From contig CAZYMH010000002.1 in assembly GCA_964648105.1 (NCBI GenBank), positions 118,101 through 182,100 on the forward strand: 64,000 nucleotides of DNA, written 5' to 3'. Positions within the stretch are counted from its first letter, which is position 1, and each line of letters begins with the position of its first letter. A program made the translations under genes and the position numbers. This document shows positions 33,873 through 42,787 of this stretch, piece by piece. Origin of the DNA: an uncultured Candidatus Saccharibacteria bacterium. GTDB lineage: Bacteria; Patescibacteriota; Saccharimonadia; Saccharimonadales; 2-12-FULL-41-12. The notes below the pieces were generated by a model, which was not told where the DNA came from, did not search any database, and saw only the letters and a program-made list of their open reading frames with translations.

Positions 33873-33912
33873 AACTAAGAATCCACCCCTTTGGGTGGGT
33901 TTTTAGTTTGGT
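33873..33912 (+). terminator. Intrinsic terminator/trailer of tRNA-Ser(GCU)
   Basis: CCACCC-CTTT-GGGTGG hairpin followed by a GTTTTTAGTTT T-run. Confidence 0.6.
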
Positions 33913-33948
33913 AGGGAAAAATAGTGACTTGGATAAATTTATTATATT

Positions 33949-34611
33949 TTAAGCCTGGGCAAAGACAATTGCATCAACCGATTTGGCTCCTGCTTGTTTG
34001 AATAAACGGGCTAATATCTCTAAAGTTGCTCCTGTTGTTGTAACATCATCTACAATTAGGATATTCTTAGCTTTTATATCTGTTTTGTTCAACTCAAATG
34101 CCTCAGCAGCTTGTAAAAACCTCTGTTTACGCGAGCTACCGACTTGGCGTGAATTATTTGTCCGATTTATTAAGCTGCGGTAAGGCAAATCAACTAATTT
34201 TGCGAGGTGTTTGGCGATTAACTTTGATTGATCGTAGCCTCTTACTCTTTGACGAGAAAACGCCGTTGGTACATGGCAAATAATAGTTTGCTCACTTAGC
34301 ATGGGTAGTTTGTCGGCCATTGCCTGAGCAATATCTCTAGAGGCAAACATCGCTCGCTCAAATTTTAATAATTCTACAATGTCTTTGGCCAACCCCTCAT
34401 AATACGCTACAACCCAGACGTGCTTGAGTCTTGTTACATGACGACAATCGGTGCATACTGCCGACTGCGAAGTTACTTTATGACACCTATAACACCGAGA
34501 AGGGGCATGTTCTAGGACGTTATCTATGCATACTTCACACAGAATATGACCAATTTGCTCACAGCTCAGGCAATAAAACGGAGCAAAACTACCAACAATT
34601 TTATCTAACAT
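33949..34611 (-). CDS. comFC: ComF family protein (ComFC-type phosphoribosyltransferase-like competence protein)
   Basis: N-terminal Cys-rich zinc-finger (CLSCEQ...CEVC...CYRCH...CTDC) and a C-terminal PRTase motif ILIVDDVTTTGATL. Confidence 0.8.
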   Translation of the reverse strand: MLDKIVGSFAPFYCLSCEQIGHILCEVCIDNVLEHAPSRCYRCHKVTSQSAVCTDCRHVTRLKHVWVVAYYEGLAKDIVELLKFERAMFASRDIAQAMADKLPMLSEQTIICHVPTAFSRQRVRGYDQSKLIAKHLAKLVDLPYRSLINRTNNSRQVGSSRKQRFLQAAEAFELNKTDIKAKNILIVDDVTTTGATLEILARLFKQAGAKSVDAIVFAQA

Positions 34612-34790
34612 TCTAGCTATAGATTAGAGGTTTTTGGCAATAATTTAAAGTGTAGTAATTTTTGTGTTGTAAATAATTATGCTTTTATCGCATATATTTG
34701 AAAAAATAGGTTATACTGTATTTAAGATAAAAATACTATTCAATTAAAACCTAGATAACCTAACTACTTTTATGAATATTGGAGGAAAAA

Positions 34791-35285
34791 ATGGCACGAC
34801 GTAATCGCGATGAAGACTTACTTATGGAAGATGAGCTGACAGCAGCCTTTTTGGGCGATGAAGATTTGATGTCACCACAACAGCCGAATAATCAACAAGG
34901 GCCAGTCGACGATTCTTCTAGCCAGCAGCCAGCTGACGAATGGGAAGAAGACGAAGCCGTGCCTGGGCAATTGGCGGTTGATGTATATGAAACTAAAGAA
35001 CGATTAGTGGTTAAGGCTCGCACTGCAGGTGTTAATAAGCATGATCTAGATGTTAGTATTGCAGATAATACACTAAGCATTCGGGGAACTTTGAGTGCGG
35101 GTAGCGAAGAAGATGTCGAAAATTATTTTGTCCAAGAGTGTTATTGGGGTGAATTTAGCCGAAGTATCGCTTTGCCAGTGGCTGTTAAAGAAGATGAGAT
35201 TGAAGCTGTATTAAAAGATGGTGTGTTAACAGTTAGCTTTACTAAAGTTAAACAAGATACTGTTAAGAAAATACAAATTCTGTAA
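34791..35285 (+). CDS. Hsp20/alpha-crystallin small heat-shock protein
   Basis: GQLAVDVYETKERLVVKARTAGVNKHDLDVSIADNTLSIRG...GEFSRSIALPVAV...AVLKDGVLTVSF. The ATG at 34791 follows GGAGGAAAAA. Confidence 0.85.
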   Translation: MARRNRDEDLLMEDELTAAFLGDEDLMSPQQPNNQQGPVDDSSSQQPADEWEEDEAVPGQLAVDVYETKERLVVKARTAGVNKHDLDVSIADNTLSIRGTLSAGSEEDVENYFVQECYWGEFSRSIALPVAVKEDEIEAVLKDGVLTVSFTKVKQDTVKKIQIL

Positions 35286-35368
35286 AGAATTAGAAGTATA
35301 AACTAAAATCGAGCTTTTGAAATAAGCTCGATTTTTTATAAATTAAGAGTAAGTTGCCGAACTTTTTT

Positions 35369-35788
35369 TTACTGGGCAGTTTTGCCGATGATAAACCTGA
35401 CGATAAACTGAGCAAAGGCGACAATCAATAGACCAACTAATGCATATATAATGGTGTTCTTGGCCGAAGCGACTCTGTTGGAATCACCACCAGAGGTGAC
35501 GTACTTAAAGCCACCGAAGATAATCATAATTACAGCTGCAATTCCAACAATTACAGAAACTACATTAACAATGGTTTCTACAAGTTTATCTAAAGTCTTG
35601 GCCGGGGTTCCAGTTCCAGTACCTTTACAATTGGTTCCTGGATTATCGAAGCTCAAATTAGCCCCTTTACATAACTCTGTTTGAGTATCTTGAGCAGCTA
35701 CAGTTCCAACGCCACTAAAAGCGACTGGCACAGCCAAAAGCGATAGAACTAACAGGCTTGATAAAATATAGTTTTTTAATCTTTTCAT
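35369..35788 (-). CDS. T4SS pilin-like (VirB2/TrbC-type) small secreted membrane protein, paralog 1
   Basis: Signal peptide, a variable region with 2 Cys, then TM-FGGFKYVTSGGDSNRVASAKNTIIYALVGLLIVAFAQFIVRF-TM. Confidence 0.65.
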   Translation of the reverse strand: MKRLKNYILSSLLVLSLLAVPVAFSGVGTVAAQDTQTELCKGANLSFDNPGTNCKGTGTGTPAKTLDKLVETIVNVVSVIVGIAAVIMIIFGGFKYVTSGGDSNRVASAKNTIIYALVGLLIVAFAQFIVRFIIGKTAQ

Positions 35789-35810
35789 TATATTTAGAAT
35801 TTAAGTTTTA

Positions 35811-36239
35811 CTAATTAGCTAGGCCAGTGCTTTTGCCTAGGACAAACTTGACAATAAACTGAGCGAGAGCAACGATTACTAATCCAATGACGGCATAAAC
35901 AATGGTGTTTTTGGCTGAAGTAACTCTGTTGGAGTCACCGCTAGAGGTGATGTACTTGAAACCGCCGAAAATAATCATAATTACAGCGACAATTGCCACA
36001 ATAACAGATACAATATTGACTATTTTGGTAACTAAATCATTAACTCTACCTTGAGCATCATTGCCATTGGCGTCGGCACAGGTTTTGTCACCGCCAAATT
36101 TGAGGTCAGAACCTTCACATAGCGAACCTTGAATGTCGGCCTGAGCAAAAACCGTACTAGTAGCAAAAGCCACTGGAACTGCTGCCATACTCAGTACAGC
36201 AACTAGTGCAATTAATGAATTTTTTAATCTTTTTATCAT
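35811..36239 (-). CDS. T4SS pilin-like protein, paralog 2
   Basis: Same architecture as paralog 1. The start is taken at the internal ATG (MIKRLKNS...). Long near-identical DNA stretches are shared with paralog 3. Confidence 0.65.
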   Translation of the reverse strand: MIKRLKNSLIALVAVLSMAAVPVAFATSTVFAQADIQGSLCEGSDLKFGGDKTCADANGNDAQGRVNDLVTKIVNIVSVIVAIVAVIMIIFGGFKYITSSGDSNRVTSAKNTIVYAVIGLVIVALAQFIVKFVLGKSTGLAN

Positions 36240-36301
36240 AGAATTTCCTTTATTAATGTTTTTTATTTTATAACACGAATTACTTATAACTTTCAAGTAC
36301 T

Positions 36302-36733
36302 TTAGGAGGTCAGGCCAGTGGCTTTGCCCAAGACAAACTTGACGATAAACTGAGCGAGAGCAACGATAATCAAACCAATAATCGCGTAAAGAATGGTGTT
36401 TTTGGCCGAAGTGATATTGTTGGAATCACCACCAGAGGTAATGTACTTGAAACCGCCGAAAATAATCATAATTACGGCGACAACAGCCACTATAACAGAG
36501 ATAATGTTTACAATTTGGCTAATCATTTCGTTCATACTTTCTTGAGGTGAGCGACCAGTACCTGATGAACAAGTTCGGTCACCACCAATCCGAAGATCGG
36601 CTCCTTCACACAAAGATCCTTTTATATCTGGACCAGTGGCTTGAGCGTTAGCAGAACCAATAACTGTAACTGGAACAAGTAGTGGGGAGAGTAAGCTAAT
36701 TGCTAAAAATAATGATTTTAGTTTATTAATCAT
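36302..36733 (-). CDS. T4SS pilin-like protein, paralog 3
   Basis: Signal peptide, a Cys pair and the FGGFKYITSGGDSNNITSAKNTILYAIIGLIIVALAQFIVKF core. Confidence 0.65.
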   Translation of the reverse strand: MINKLKSLFLAISLLSPLLVPVTVIGSANAQATGPDIKGSLCEGADLRIGGDRTCSSGTGRSPQESMNEMISQIVNIISVIVAVVAVIMIIFGGFKYITSGGDSNNITSAKNTILYAIIGLIIVALAQFIVKFVLGKATGLTS

Positions 36734-36777
36734 ATATTACCTTTCTATAAATAATTAAATTAATTATACCAGATTAC

Positions 36778-37167
36778 TTATGTTTTGCCGATTACAAACC
36801 TAACAATAAATTGAGCAAATGCCACAATAACTAAGCCAACTACAGCATAAATTATGCCCTTACGAGCATTAGCCACGGCAGTTGCGTCACCACCAGATGT
36901 GACCAGCCTAAAACCGTTGATGATAATTACAATTACAGCAGCAATGCCCACCACAACAGTAAGTATATTGATAATTGCTTTTATTAACCCTTCTACAGAA
37001 CCACCAGCACTAGAATCACACTTACCATCCTTGGTTAAATCAGCTCCACTACACGCTTCTCGCGTAGCACCGTCGAATGGACCTGCATAAACCAAAGAAG
37101 GGCTTGCAATACCAACTAAGCCGACCGTTAAGAATATTGATGCAATAAATAATTTTATTTTGTTCAT
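36778..37167 (-). CDS. T4SS pilin-like protein, paralog 4
   Basis: Start taken at the internal ATG (MNKIKLF...). Core is INGFRLVTSGGDATAVANARKGIIYAVVGLVIVAFAQFIVRF. Confidence 0.6.
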   Translation of the reverse strand: MNKIKLFIASIFLTVGLVGIASPSLVYAGPFDGATREACSGADLTKDGKCDSSAGGSVEGLIKAIINILTVVVGIAAVIVIIINGFRLVTSGGDATAVANARKGIIYAVVGLVIVAFAQFIVRFVIGKT

Positions 37168-37174
37168 GAAGTTA

Positions 37175-37579
37175 TTATAGCTTAGATAAAACAAGCCTAA
37201 CAATAGCCTGAGCTATCGCTGCAATAAATACCCCTATGACAGCATAAATAATCATTTCACGAGCTTTGGAGACTTCTTGAGGGTTACTACCAGAAGTGAT
37301 AAATTTGAGGCCAGCAAAAATTATAGTGAAGATCGCTGCTATACCAACAATTATGGTTAAAATGTTGATGATTTTGGTAATTATGCCATCTTTGCCGTAC
37401 AGTGGGTTGGTGTTGCCAGCCGAGTCTTGACAAGCAGCTGGGTTTTTGGCCTTAGCCTGTGGATCGTTACAAACATAATTGTTGCCAAATAAGTCAGCCG
37501 CGTAAGAGGCGTGAGCCAAAAAGGTAAATGGGGCAATAATAGCCATGCAGAGACATAATGAAATAATTAATCTACGCAC
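37175..37579 (-). CDS. T4SS pilin-like protein, paralog 5
   Basis: Signal peptide, a Cys pair and the core FAGLKFITSGSNPQEVSKAREMIIYAVIGVFIAAIAQAIVRL. Confidence 0.6.
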   Translation of the reverse strand: MRRLIISLCLCMAIIAPFTFLAHASYAADLFGNNYVCNDPQAKAKNPAACQDSAGNTNPLYGKDGIITKIINILTIIVGIAAIFTIIFAGLKFITSGSNPQEVSKAREMIIYAVIGVFIAAIAQAIVRLVLSKL

Positions 37580-37583
37580 TAGC

Positions 37584-37883
37584 TTAGACCCTTCCTAACA
37601 CAAAGTTGACTACTGCGGCGGCGGTAACAATTATCACTAGCCCAAGCAGAGAATAAATAATTGCTTTTTTGGCCCGCGAAATTTTGTCGGGGTCACCCTC
37701 GTTGGAGGCTAAGTTAATCGCTGCCAAAATAATCACCAAAACTGCCAAAGTGCCTGCAATCCCAAAAACGATATTTAGCAGACCTTCGATTGACTGAGTA
37801 TTGCCACCAACTTTAGGGATACCAATATCATCGGCTTTTGGGGCAACTACTTGAGCTAAGGTATAGAGTGAGTTTAGTGTCAT
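37584..37883 (-). CDS. T4SS pilin-like protein, paralog 6 (short, no Cys pair)
   Basis: Two-TM core with ASNEGDPDKISRAKKAIIYSLLGLVII. It lacks an obvious signal peptide. Confidence 0.5.
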   Translation of the reverse strand: MTLNSLYTLAQVVAPKADDIGIPKVGGNTQSIEGLLNIVFGIAGTLAVLVIILAAINLASNEGDPDKISRAKKAIIYSLLGLVIIVTAAAVVNFVLGRV

Positions 37884-37891
37884 ATTTTGCC

Positions 37892-38314
37892 TCAGACGCT
37901 CTTACCAATAAAGTTCACTACCGCTACGGCCGCGATTGCAATAAAAAGTCCGATTAAGGCATCAATAACTGCGGTTTTGGCCTGAGTTATTTTGTCAGAA
38001 TTACCTCTAGAGGAAATATATTTGAAGCCACCGAAAATTAAGTATGCAATAGCCGCTAGTACGGCAACTCGAAGTAACATCTCGATAACCGCCAGCAATA
38101 TTAGCCATAGGTCGCTAATGTGATCTAGGGACGGGGCGCAACCACCGACTTCTCTTTGGCCTTCCAAATATTTGTACCAGGTAGGGAAGCCAAAAAAACC
38201 GTTACTTTCATCGAGAGTACATTTCTGAATTGCAGCAAAATTATCTAGCATATTGACGACTAGTAGTTTAGTGTTGATTAGACTAAGAGTAAAGTTATCG
38301 ATCATGTTTGTCAT
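37892..38314 (-). CDS. T4SS pilin-like protein, paralog 7
   Basis: Divergent N-terminus with 2 Cys. Core is FGGFKYISSRGNSDKITQAKTAVIDALIGLFIAIAAVAVVNF. Confidence 0.55.
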   Translation of the reverse strand: MTNMIDNFTLSLINTKLLVVNMLDNFAAIQKCTLDESNGFFGFPTWYKYLEGQREVGGCAPSLDHISDLWLILLAVIEMLLRVAVLAAIAYLIFGGFKYISSRGNSDKITQAKTAVIDALIGLFIAIAAVAVVNFIGKSV

Positions 38315-38341
38315 ATTATATCTTTAAGTATTAGCTTAAAA

Positions 38342-39208
38342 TTAGCCATTAAACAAGCCTCCGGGTACCAAAAATTGAATAGCCGCAAAGATTAACAGAT
38401 AAAAGACCAGCCCGATAATGGCATTTTGGATACGATTTTTGGCAGCTTGGGTAGCTTCGGGGTTACCCTGCGATGAGCTGTACTGTATACCAGCCCAGAT
38501 AATCGAAGCTGCTAAAACTAACCCTACTCCGAATGAGAAAAACTTTAGAAGGGCGTAGGCCATATCAATAATTGGGTTTTCGACTTTGCCTGTGCAGCCG
38601 AGGTCGATACGAGTTTTGACAGCGTCTTCACCGCTACCGCAGGTATACTGTTTTCCTACTCCTTTAGTAGTAAGCTGAATGTCTTCTTTGGTGGCCTGAG
38701 CCTCAGATTTTTTGTAAGTAGCCGCTTGAGCATTCAGACATTTCTGAATTTCGGCTCCAGTTTTATTGTTACAACTGTTTTTGGCATCGGTATTGCAGCC
38801 TTGTGGGTTATCGGCAGAACGGCAAGCAAAAACTATATTGTCATACTTTGAGGCAATTTTGGTAGCACAAGCTGAATCCTTACAATTATTTTTGAGAATT
38901 TCGTTGATGCAAGCTTGTTTTTTATCTTTAAATTGGCATAAATTTGATGCCTGAGAGCCTCCGCCGGTAAAATCCCCTCGCTGAGCGACTGTTGATTCGC
39001 AAGCGGCTAAGTCGGCTCCTGTTTTGCCGCTACATGCTTGTTTGACGGTATTTTGGCAAGCTTGCGGATCGGAGGTAGAGCTACAAGTTTTGGCTGTTTG
39101 GGCAAAAACTTGGGGAGTAACTGCGACAAAAAAGAATTGGCCAGCAAAAAAGCCAATTAAGAAAAGAATTTTTATATATATGACTGCTTGGACTTTTTTT
39201 ATTATCAT
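38342..39208 (-). CDS. T4SS pilin-like protein, paralog 8, with long Cys-rich ectodomain (288 aa)
   Basis: Signal/TM N-terminus, about 190 aa containing many Cys, then the pilin core WAGIQYSSSQGNPEATQAAKNRIQNAIIGLVFYLLIFAAIQFLV. Confidence 0.55.
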   Translation of the reverse strand: MIIKKVQAVIYIKILFLIGFFAGQFFFVAVTPQVFAQTAKTCSSTSDPQACQNTVKQACSGKTGADLAACESTVAQRGDFTGGGSQASNLCQFKDKKQACINEILKNNCKDSACATKIASKYDNIVFACRSADNPQGCNTDAKNSCNNKTGAEIQKCLNAQAATYKKSEAQATKEDIQLTTKGVGKQYTCGSGEDAVKTRIDLGCTGKVENPIIDMAYALLKFFSFGVGLVLAASIIWAGIQYSSSQGNPEATQAAKNRIQNAIIGLVFYLLIFAAIQFLVPGGLFNG

Positions 39209-39292
39209 AAACGCTTATTTAATATAGTAAGTATAAAATAGATGCACACAAAAGTCTAAGCTATAAAATATATGGTACAATTTTAATAAATC

Positions 39293-40015
39293 ATGAACGT
39301 AAAATATAAGTTGGCTGTGGGCATTTCAATCTTTGCAATGCTATCTATGTTTTTTGCTCCATTTTTTAGCCAAAAAGTTTATGCAGCACCAGCAACTAGC
39401 AAGGCTCAGTTAGAGAGTTTGGCGAAAAGTCTAAAGTTCAAAGACAAAGATACAATTGAAGGCAAAATAGGCAATAATGTAATCACGTTCAAAAAGAAAG
39501 TTGATGGCAACAATACTACAACAGGACTAACAGGTATAAATGTAGTTACTTACGAAGCACCTGAGCTTGCCTGTGACGGGTTTAATGCAGTTATAAGAAA
39601 TGGTTATTTAGTTGATAGTTCATCCGTATTTTTAGTAGCTAAATATAAGGATGGGGGCGGATGTTCGGACGCTCAGCCAATTAAAACTTCTTCAATCGGA
39701 CAAGCTGACTACAATACAAACACAGAAGCCGATAAAAACGCCGCTCCGAAAGGCAATAACGATGAGCCGAACTGCGATACTCAATTATCTAGTGTAATGA
39801 GCTGGATACTTTGCCCAGTAATTGATGGTAGCTTGGCAGCTACACGCTTTATGTTTGAGAATATTATTTCACCATTCCTTGAGGATGTACCTGTAACTAC
39901 CGACCCTGAGGATGCGTCTTATAAAGCTTGGAAGAACTTTCGATTGATAGGTAATATTGTGCTAGTTGGTACCATGCTTGCAGTAGTATATGCACAAATA
40001 AAGGGTAGTCGCTAA
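39293..40015 (+). CDS. Secreted protein with C-terminal TM anchor, T4SS-associated
   Basis: Signal peptide (..FFSQKVYA-AP) and a C-terminal helix IGNIVLVGTMLAVVYAQI. First gene of the plus-strand T4SS operon. Its stop overlaps the next start. Confidence 0.45.
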   Translation: MNVKYKLAVGISIFAMLSMFFAPFFSQKVYAAPATSKAQLESLAKSLKFKDKDTIEGKIGNNVITFKKKVDGNNTTTGLTGINVVTYEAPELACDGFNAVIRNGYLVDSSSVFLVAKYKDGGGCSDAQPIKTSSIGQADYNTNTEADKNAAPKGNNDEPNCDTQLSSVMSWILCPVIDGSLAATRFMFENIISPFLEDVPVTTDPEDASYKAWKNFRLIGNIVLVGTMLAVVYAQIKGSR

Positions 40016-41883
40016 TGCTCGATGCTTATACTGTACGCAAAGCCGTACCAAGGATAATAATTGCGGCGATAGCGATAAATTTGTCAATTTATTTGTGTGT
40101 CATGGCAGTCGATATAGTAAATATCATTGGCCACGGCTTATCGAACCTGGTTGTTGCACCGTTTCTAGACCAAAATAAAGAGTTTAGAGACTTAGCAATT
40201 CAAAGCAATACGACTAACAATATTGCCGGGGTAATGGGACTAGTAGCGTTAATTTCGGGTGTTGGAGGAGCATTAGTATTTCCTGGAGCAGCTGCAACTT
40301 TGGCAGCTGGAGCAGCCTTAGCTTTGCTACCTATTATCGGTGCTTTTTTGATAAGTGCTTTTTTGATTGTAATTGCAGTAGTTTTTACTATCATACTTAG
40401 GCAAGCAATTATCATCTTCTTGATTATTTCATCGCCTATAGCTATTGCCTTGCTAGTTTTACCTGGTACCGAAAAATATTTCAAAAAATGGCTAGACTTG
40501 TTTGTGACAACACTTATGGTATACCCAATTATTTCAGCAATTTTTGCTATGTCGACTGTATTTACCACTATTCTTATTGGAACGGCCGCCAAATCACCAG
40601 ATGCGATTGGACTAGCTAAACTGCTAGCAGCAATTGTAGTGGCCTTTGCACCACTGATAATGATACCGTTTGCCTTCAGATTAGCAGGAGGAGCAATCTC
40701 AACCATCATGACTGCTGGTGCAGGACGAGGCCGAACACTAGCCGGAAGTGCTCGAAAAGGCATGCAGAGCATGAGAGATAATCAAAATACAGCGTATGGT
40801 AAAGCATATAGCGAGAATAAGTCCAGTAGAATAAATAAGGGCCTTTCGGGTAGACAGATCTGGGCTAGCAGGCTGGGTGGTGGTGCTGAAGCACGTGCCG
40901 AAAGAAAAAGGAGTGCAAGATCTCTCGATGATTTTATACAAAGGTCAACTGTACAAGATTCCTATCGATTTAAAGCAAAAGGTGAAGATAGTGATGTTTT
41001 AGACTCATTAGTTATGACCGAAGATCAAGTAGCAAAAGACAGAAAGTTCCAACAAGAAACAATTAGAGATAATTCAGCCATACTCAACAATGTAAGAAGT
41101 AGTGCAAAAGCAAAGCAAGAAGCTCAAAACAAAATTTATGCTGCTCAAAGAGCCTTAGATGCTCACTCTGATGCAGATATGATAGGAAGGAATACACAAA
41201 CTGCTCAGGCAGCATTTAATAATGCATCTAGAATCAAATTTACTCAAAATTCTCACTCTGAAGAAATTGATATTGCTAGAAGACTTTATGGCGAAGAAGG
41301 TGCTGCAGAAGCTATGAACGCACATCAGGCAATAGCCAAAGGTCCTGCTATGCGACCAGATTTATCGGGTTCGTTGTATAGTCAGAGTTATGATCTTGAT
41401 AGAGCTACTTCTTCGCAGTCAACATATACACTTATGAACCAAGCTAGGCCTGATGCTATCAAAAACTTAATTGATGGCCATATGGGAAGATTAAGAGACA
41501 GTACCTCTTCTGATGAAGAAAAAGCTCGGTCTGCTGCATGGTTGACAGCAGTTAAATCGTCTAAAGGAAGTGGTACTGAAGCAAATAATCAAGTTATTGT
41601 TGAAAAAATGGATGGTATAGATAAAGAAGTAAATAAATATATAACTGACCAAGGAAGACTTGAAGCGGCAGCTAGTCCTTCACACTTAGAAAGAATGGTT
41701 GAAGTACAAAGACCCAACCCATCAGCACCTGGAGAAATGATAACTACCCGAGAAACACAAAAAGCTCCATTAACTGACCCTGCTCAAATAAAAGCATGGG
41801 GGGAAGCTCAAGCTAAGGCTAAATTACAACAAAGAGCAATGGGTTACTATCAACCGAACCCAAGAGAACTTGAAGAAAAATAA
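40015..41883 (+). CDS. VirB6/TrbL-like polytopic inner-membrane T4SS protein
   Basis: About 6-7 TM helices in the first 240 aa, then a hydrophilic C-terminal domain. Its position in the T4SS operon supports the call. Confidence 0.55.
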   Translation: MLDAYTVRKAVPRIIIAAIAINLSIYLCVMAVDIVNIIGHGLSNLVVAPFLDQNKEFRDLAIQSNTTNNIAGVMGLVALISGVGGALVFPGAAATLAAGAALALLPIIGAFLISAFLIVIAVVFTIILRQAIIIFLIISSPIAIALLVLPGTEKYFKKWLDLFVTTLMVYPIISAIFAMSTVFTTILIGTAAKSPDAIGLAKLLAAIVVAFAPLIMIPFAFRLAGGAISTIMTAGAGRGRTLAGSARKGMQSMRDNQNTAYGKAYSENKSSRINKGLSGRQIWASRLGGGAEARAERKRSARSLDDFIQRSTVQDSYRFKAKGEDSDVLDSLVMTEDQVAKDRKFQQETIRDNSAILNNVRSSAKAKQEAQNKIYAAQRALDAHSDADMIGRNTQTAQAAFNNASRIKFTQNSHSEEIDIARRLYGEEGAAEAMNAHQAIAKGPAMRPDLSGSLYSQSYDLDRATSSQSTYTLMNQARPDAIKNLIDGHMGRLRDSTSSDEEKARSAAWLTAVKSSKGSGTEANNQVIVEKMDGIDKEVNKYITDQGRLEAAASPSHLERMVEVQRPNPSAPGEMITTRETQKAPLTDPAQIKAWGEAQAKAKLQQRAMGYYQPNPRELEEK

Positions 41884-42013
41884 AGTTTTTAGCTGAAATT
41901 CTATTTTTATAAATACTATTTATATATTAATAGTTTAGTGAAAAGTATTAGAGAAAATAGAGGCAGATAGATTAGATTGACATAATGTTGATGTTCATGT
42001 TAAACTTGAAGTT

Positions 42014-42262
42014 ATGAAAACTATTAATGCTGTCTACCTCCGCAAAAATTTGGGTGATGTCATAAAAAGAACGCAAAATGGCGAGAGTTTTTTGATAACT
42101 TATCGCAGTGGTATACGCGTAAAATTACAACCAGAGAATGTTCAGGCAGTTGGCACACCAGGCCTAGATGCACTCAATAAAGTTATTAAAACCAACCCTT
42201 ATCAAAAAGCAAATCTTAAACAAGAATACCGAAAATTAATCAACCAAAAATATGCCTCATAA
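42014..42262 (+). CDS. Type II antitoxin (Phd/YefM-like)
   Basis: 82 aa. MKTINAVYLRKNLGDVIKRTQNGESFLITYRS... is antitoxin-like. It overlaps the downstream PIN gene by 11 nt. Confidence 0.6.
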   Translation: MKTINAVYLRKNLGDVIKRTQNGESFLITYRSGIRVKLQPENVQAVGTPGLDALNKVIKTNPYQKANLKQEYRKLINQKYAS

Positions 42263-42647
42263 CACCTCTAGTGATAAAGTGTTTTTTGATGCCAATATAG
42301 TGCTTGAGTCATTACTAAATAGAAAATTTAAGCCACAGACCGACAAGCTTATAAAAGCGACTCCTGCTCGCTATATATCAGCGTTGTCGGCTCATCTCGT
42401 AATGTATTTTGGCATAAAAGTTTATAATAAACAGATACTTAACCAGTTTCTGAATGATTTTGTAATTTTACCCTTAACTCAAGACGAATTTATTAAAGCC
42501 CAAAAAGATAGTTACGCTGACTTTGAAGATGCCCTACAAATGGCTACAGCAATCAATAATAGCTGTAACAGATTTTATACCTTAGATAAAAAAATGCGCA
42601 CTCATTATAAAAACCAGACCGATACTCGGGTGATTTTGATTGATTAA
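42252..42647 (+). CDS. vapC: PIN-domain toxin (VapC-like)
   Basis: VFFDANIVLESLLNR (first acidic PIN residue) plus later D/E residues (ADFEDALQMATA). Confidence 0.7.
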   Translation: MPHNTSSDKVFFDANIVLESLLNRKFKPQTDKLIKATPARYISALSAHLVMYFGIKVYNKQILNQFLNDFVILPLTQDEFIKAQKDSYADFEDALQMATAINNSCNRFYTLDKKMRTHYKNQTDTRVILID

Positions 42648-42787
42648 ATTATAGTTAAATACCTATAACAGATGGCCTGTGTATATATGGTTGTAAATCT
42701 AGCTGATACTAGTGAAGTTAGGTATATAAATGGTACAATAAGCACTAAAGGAACCGCATTCCTTAGATTGTTATTTTAACTAAATTT

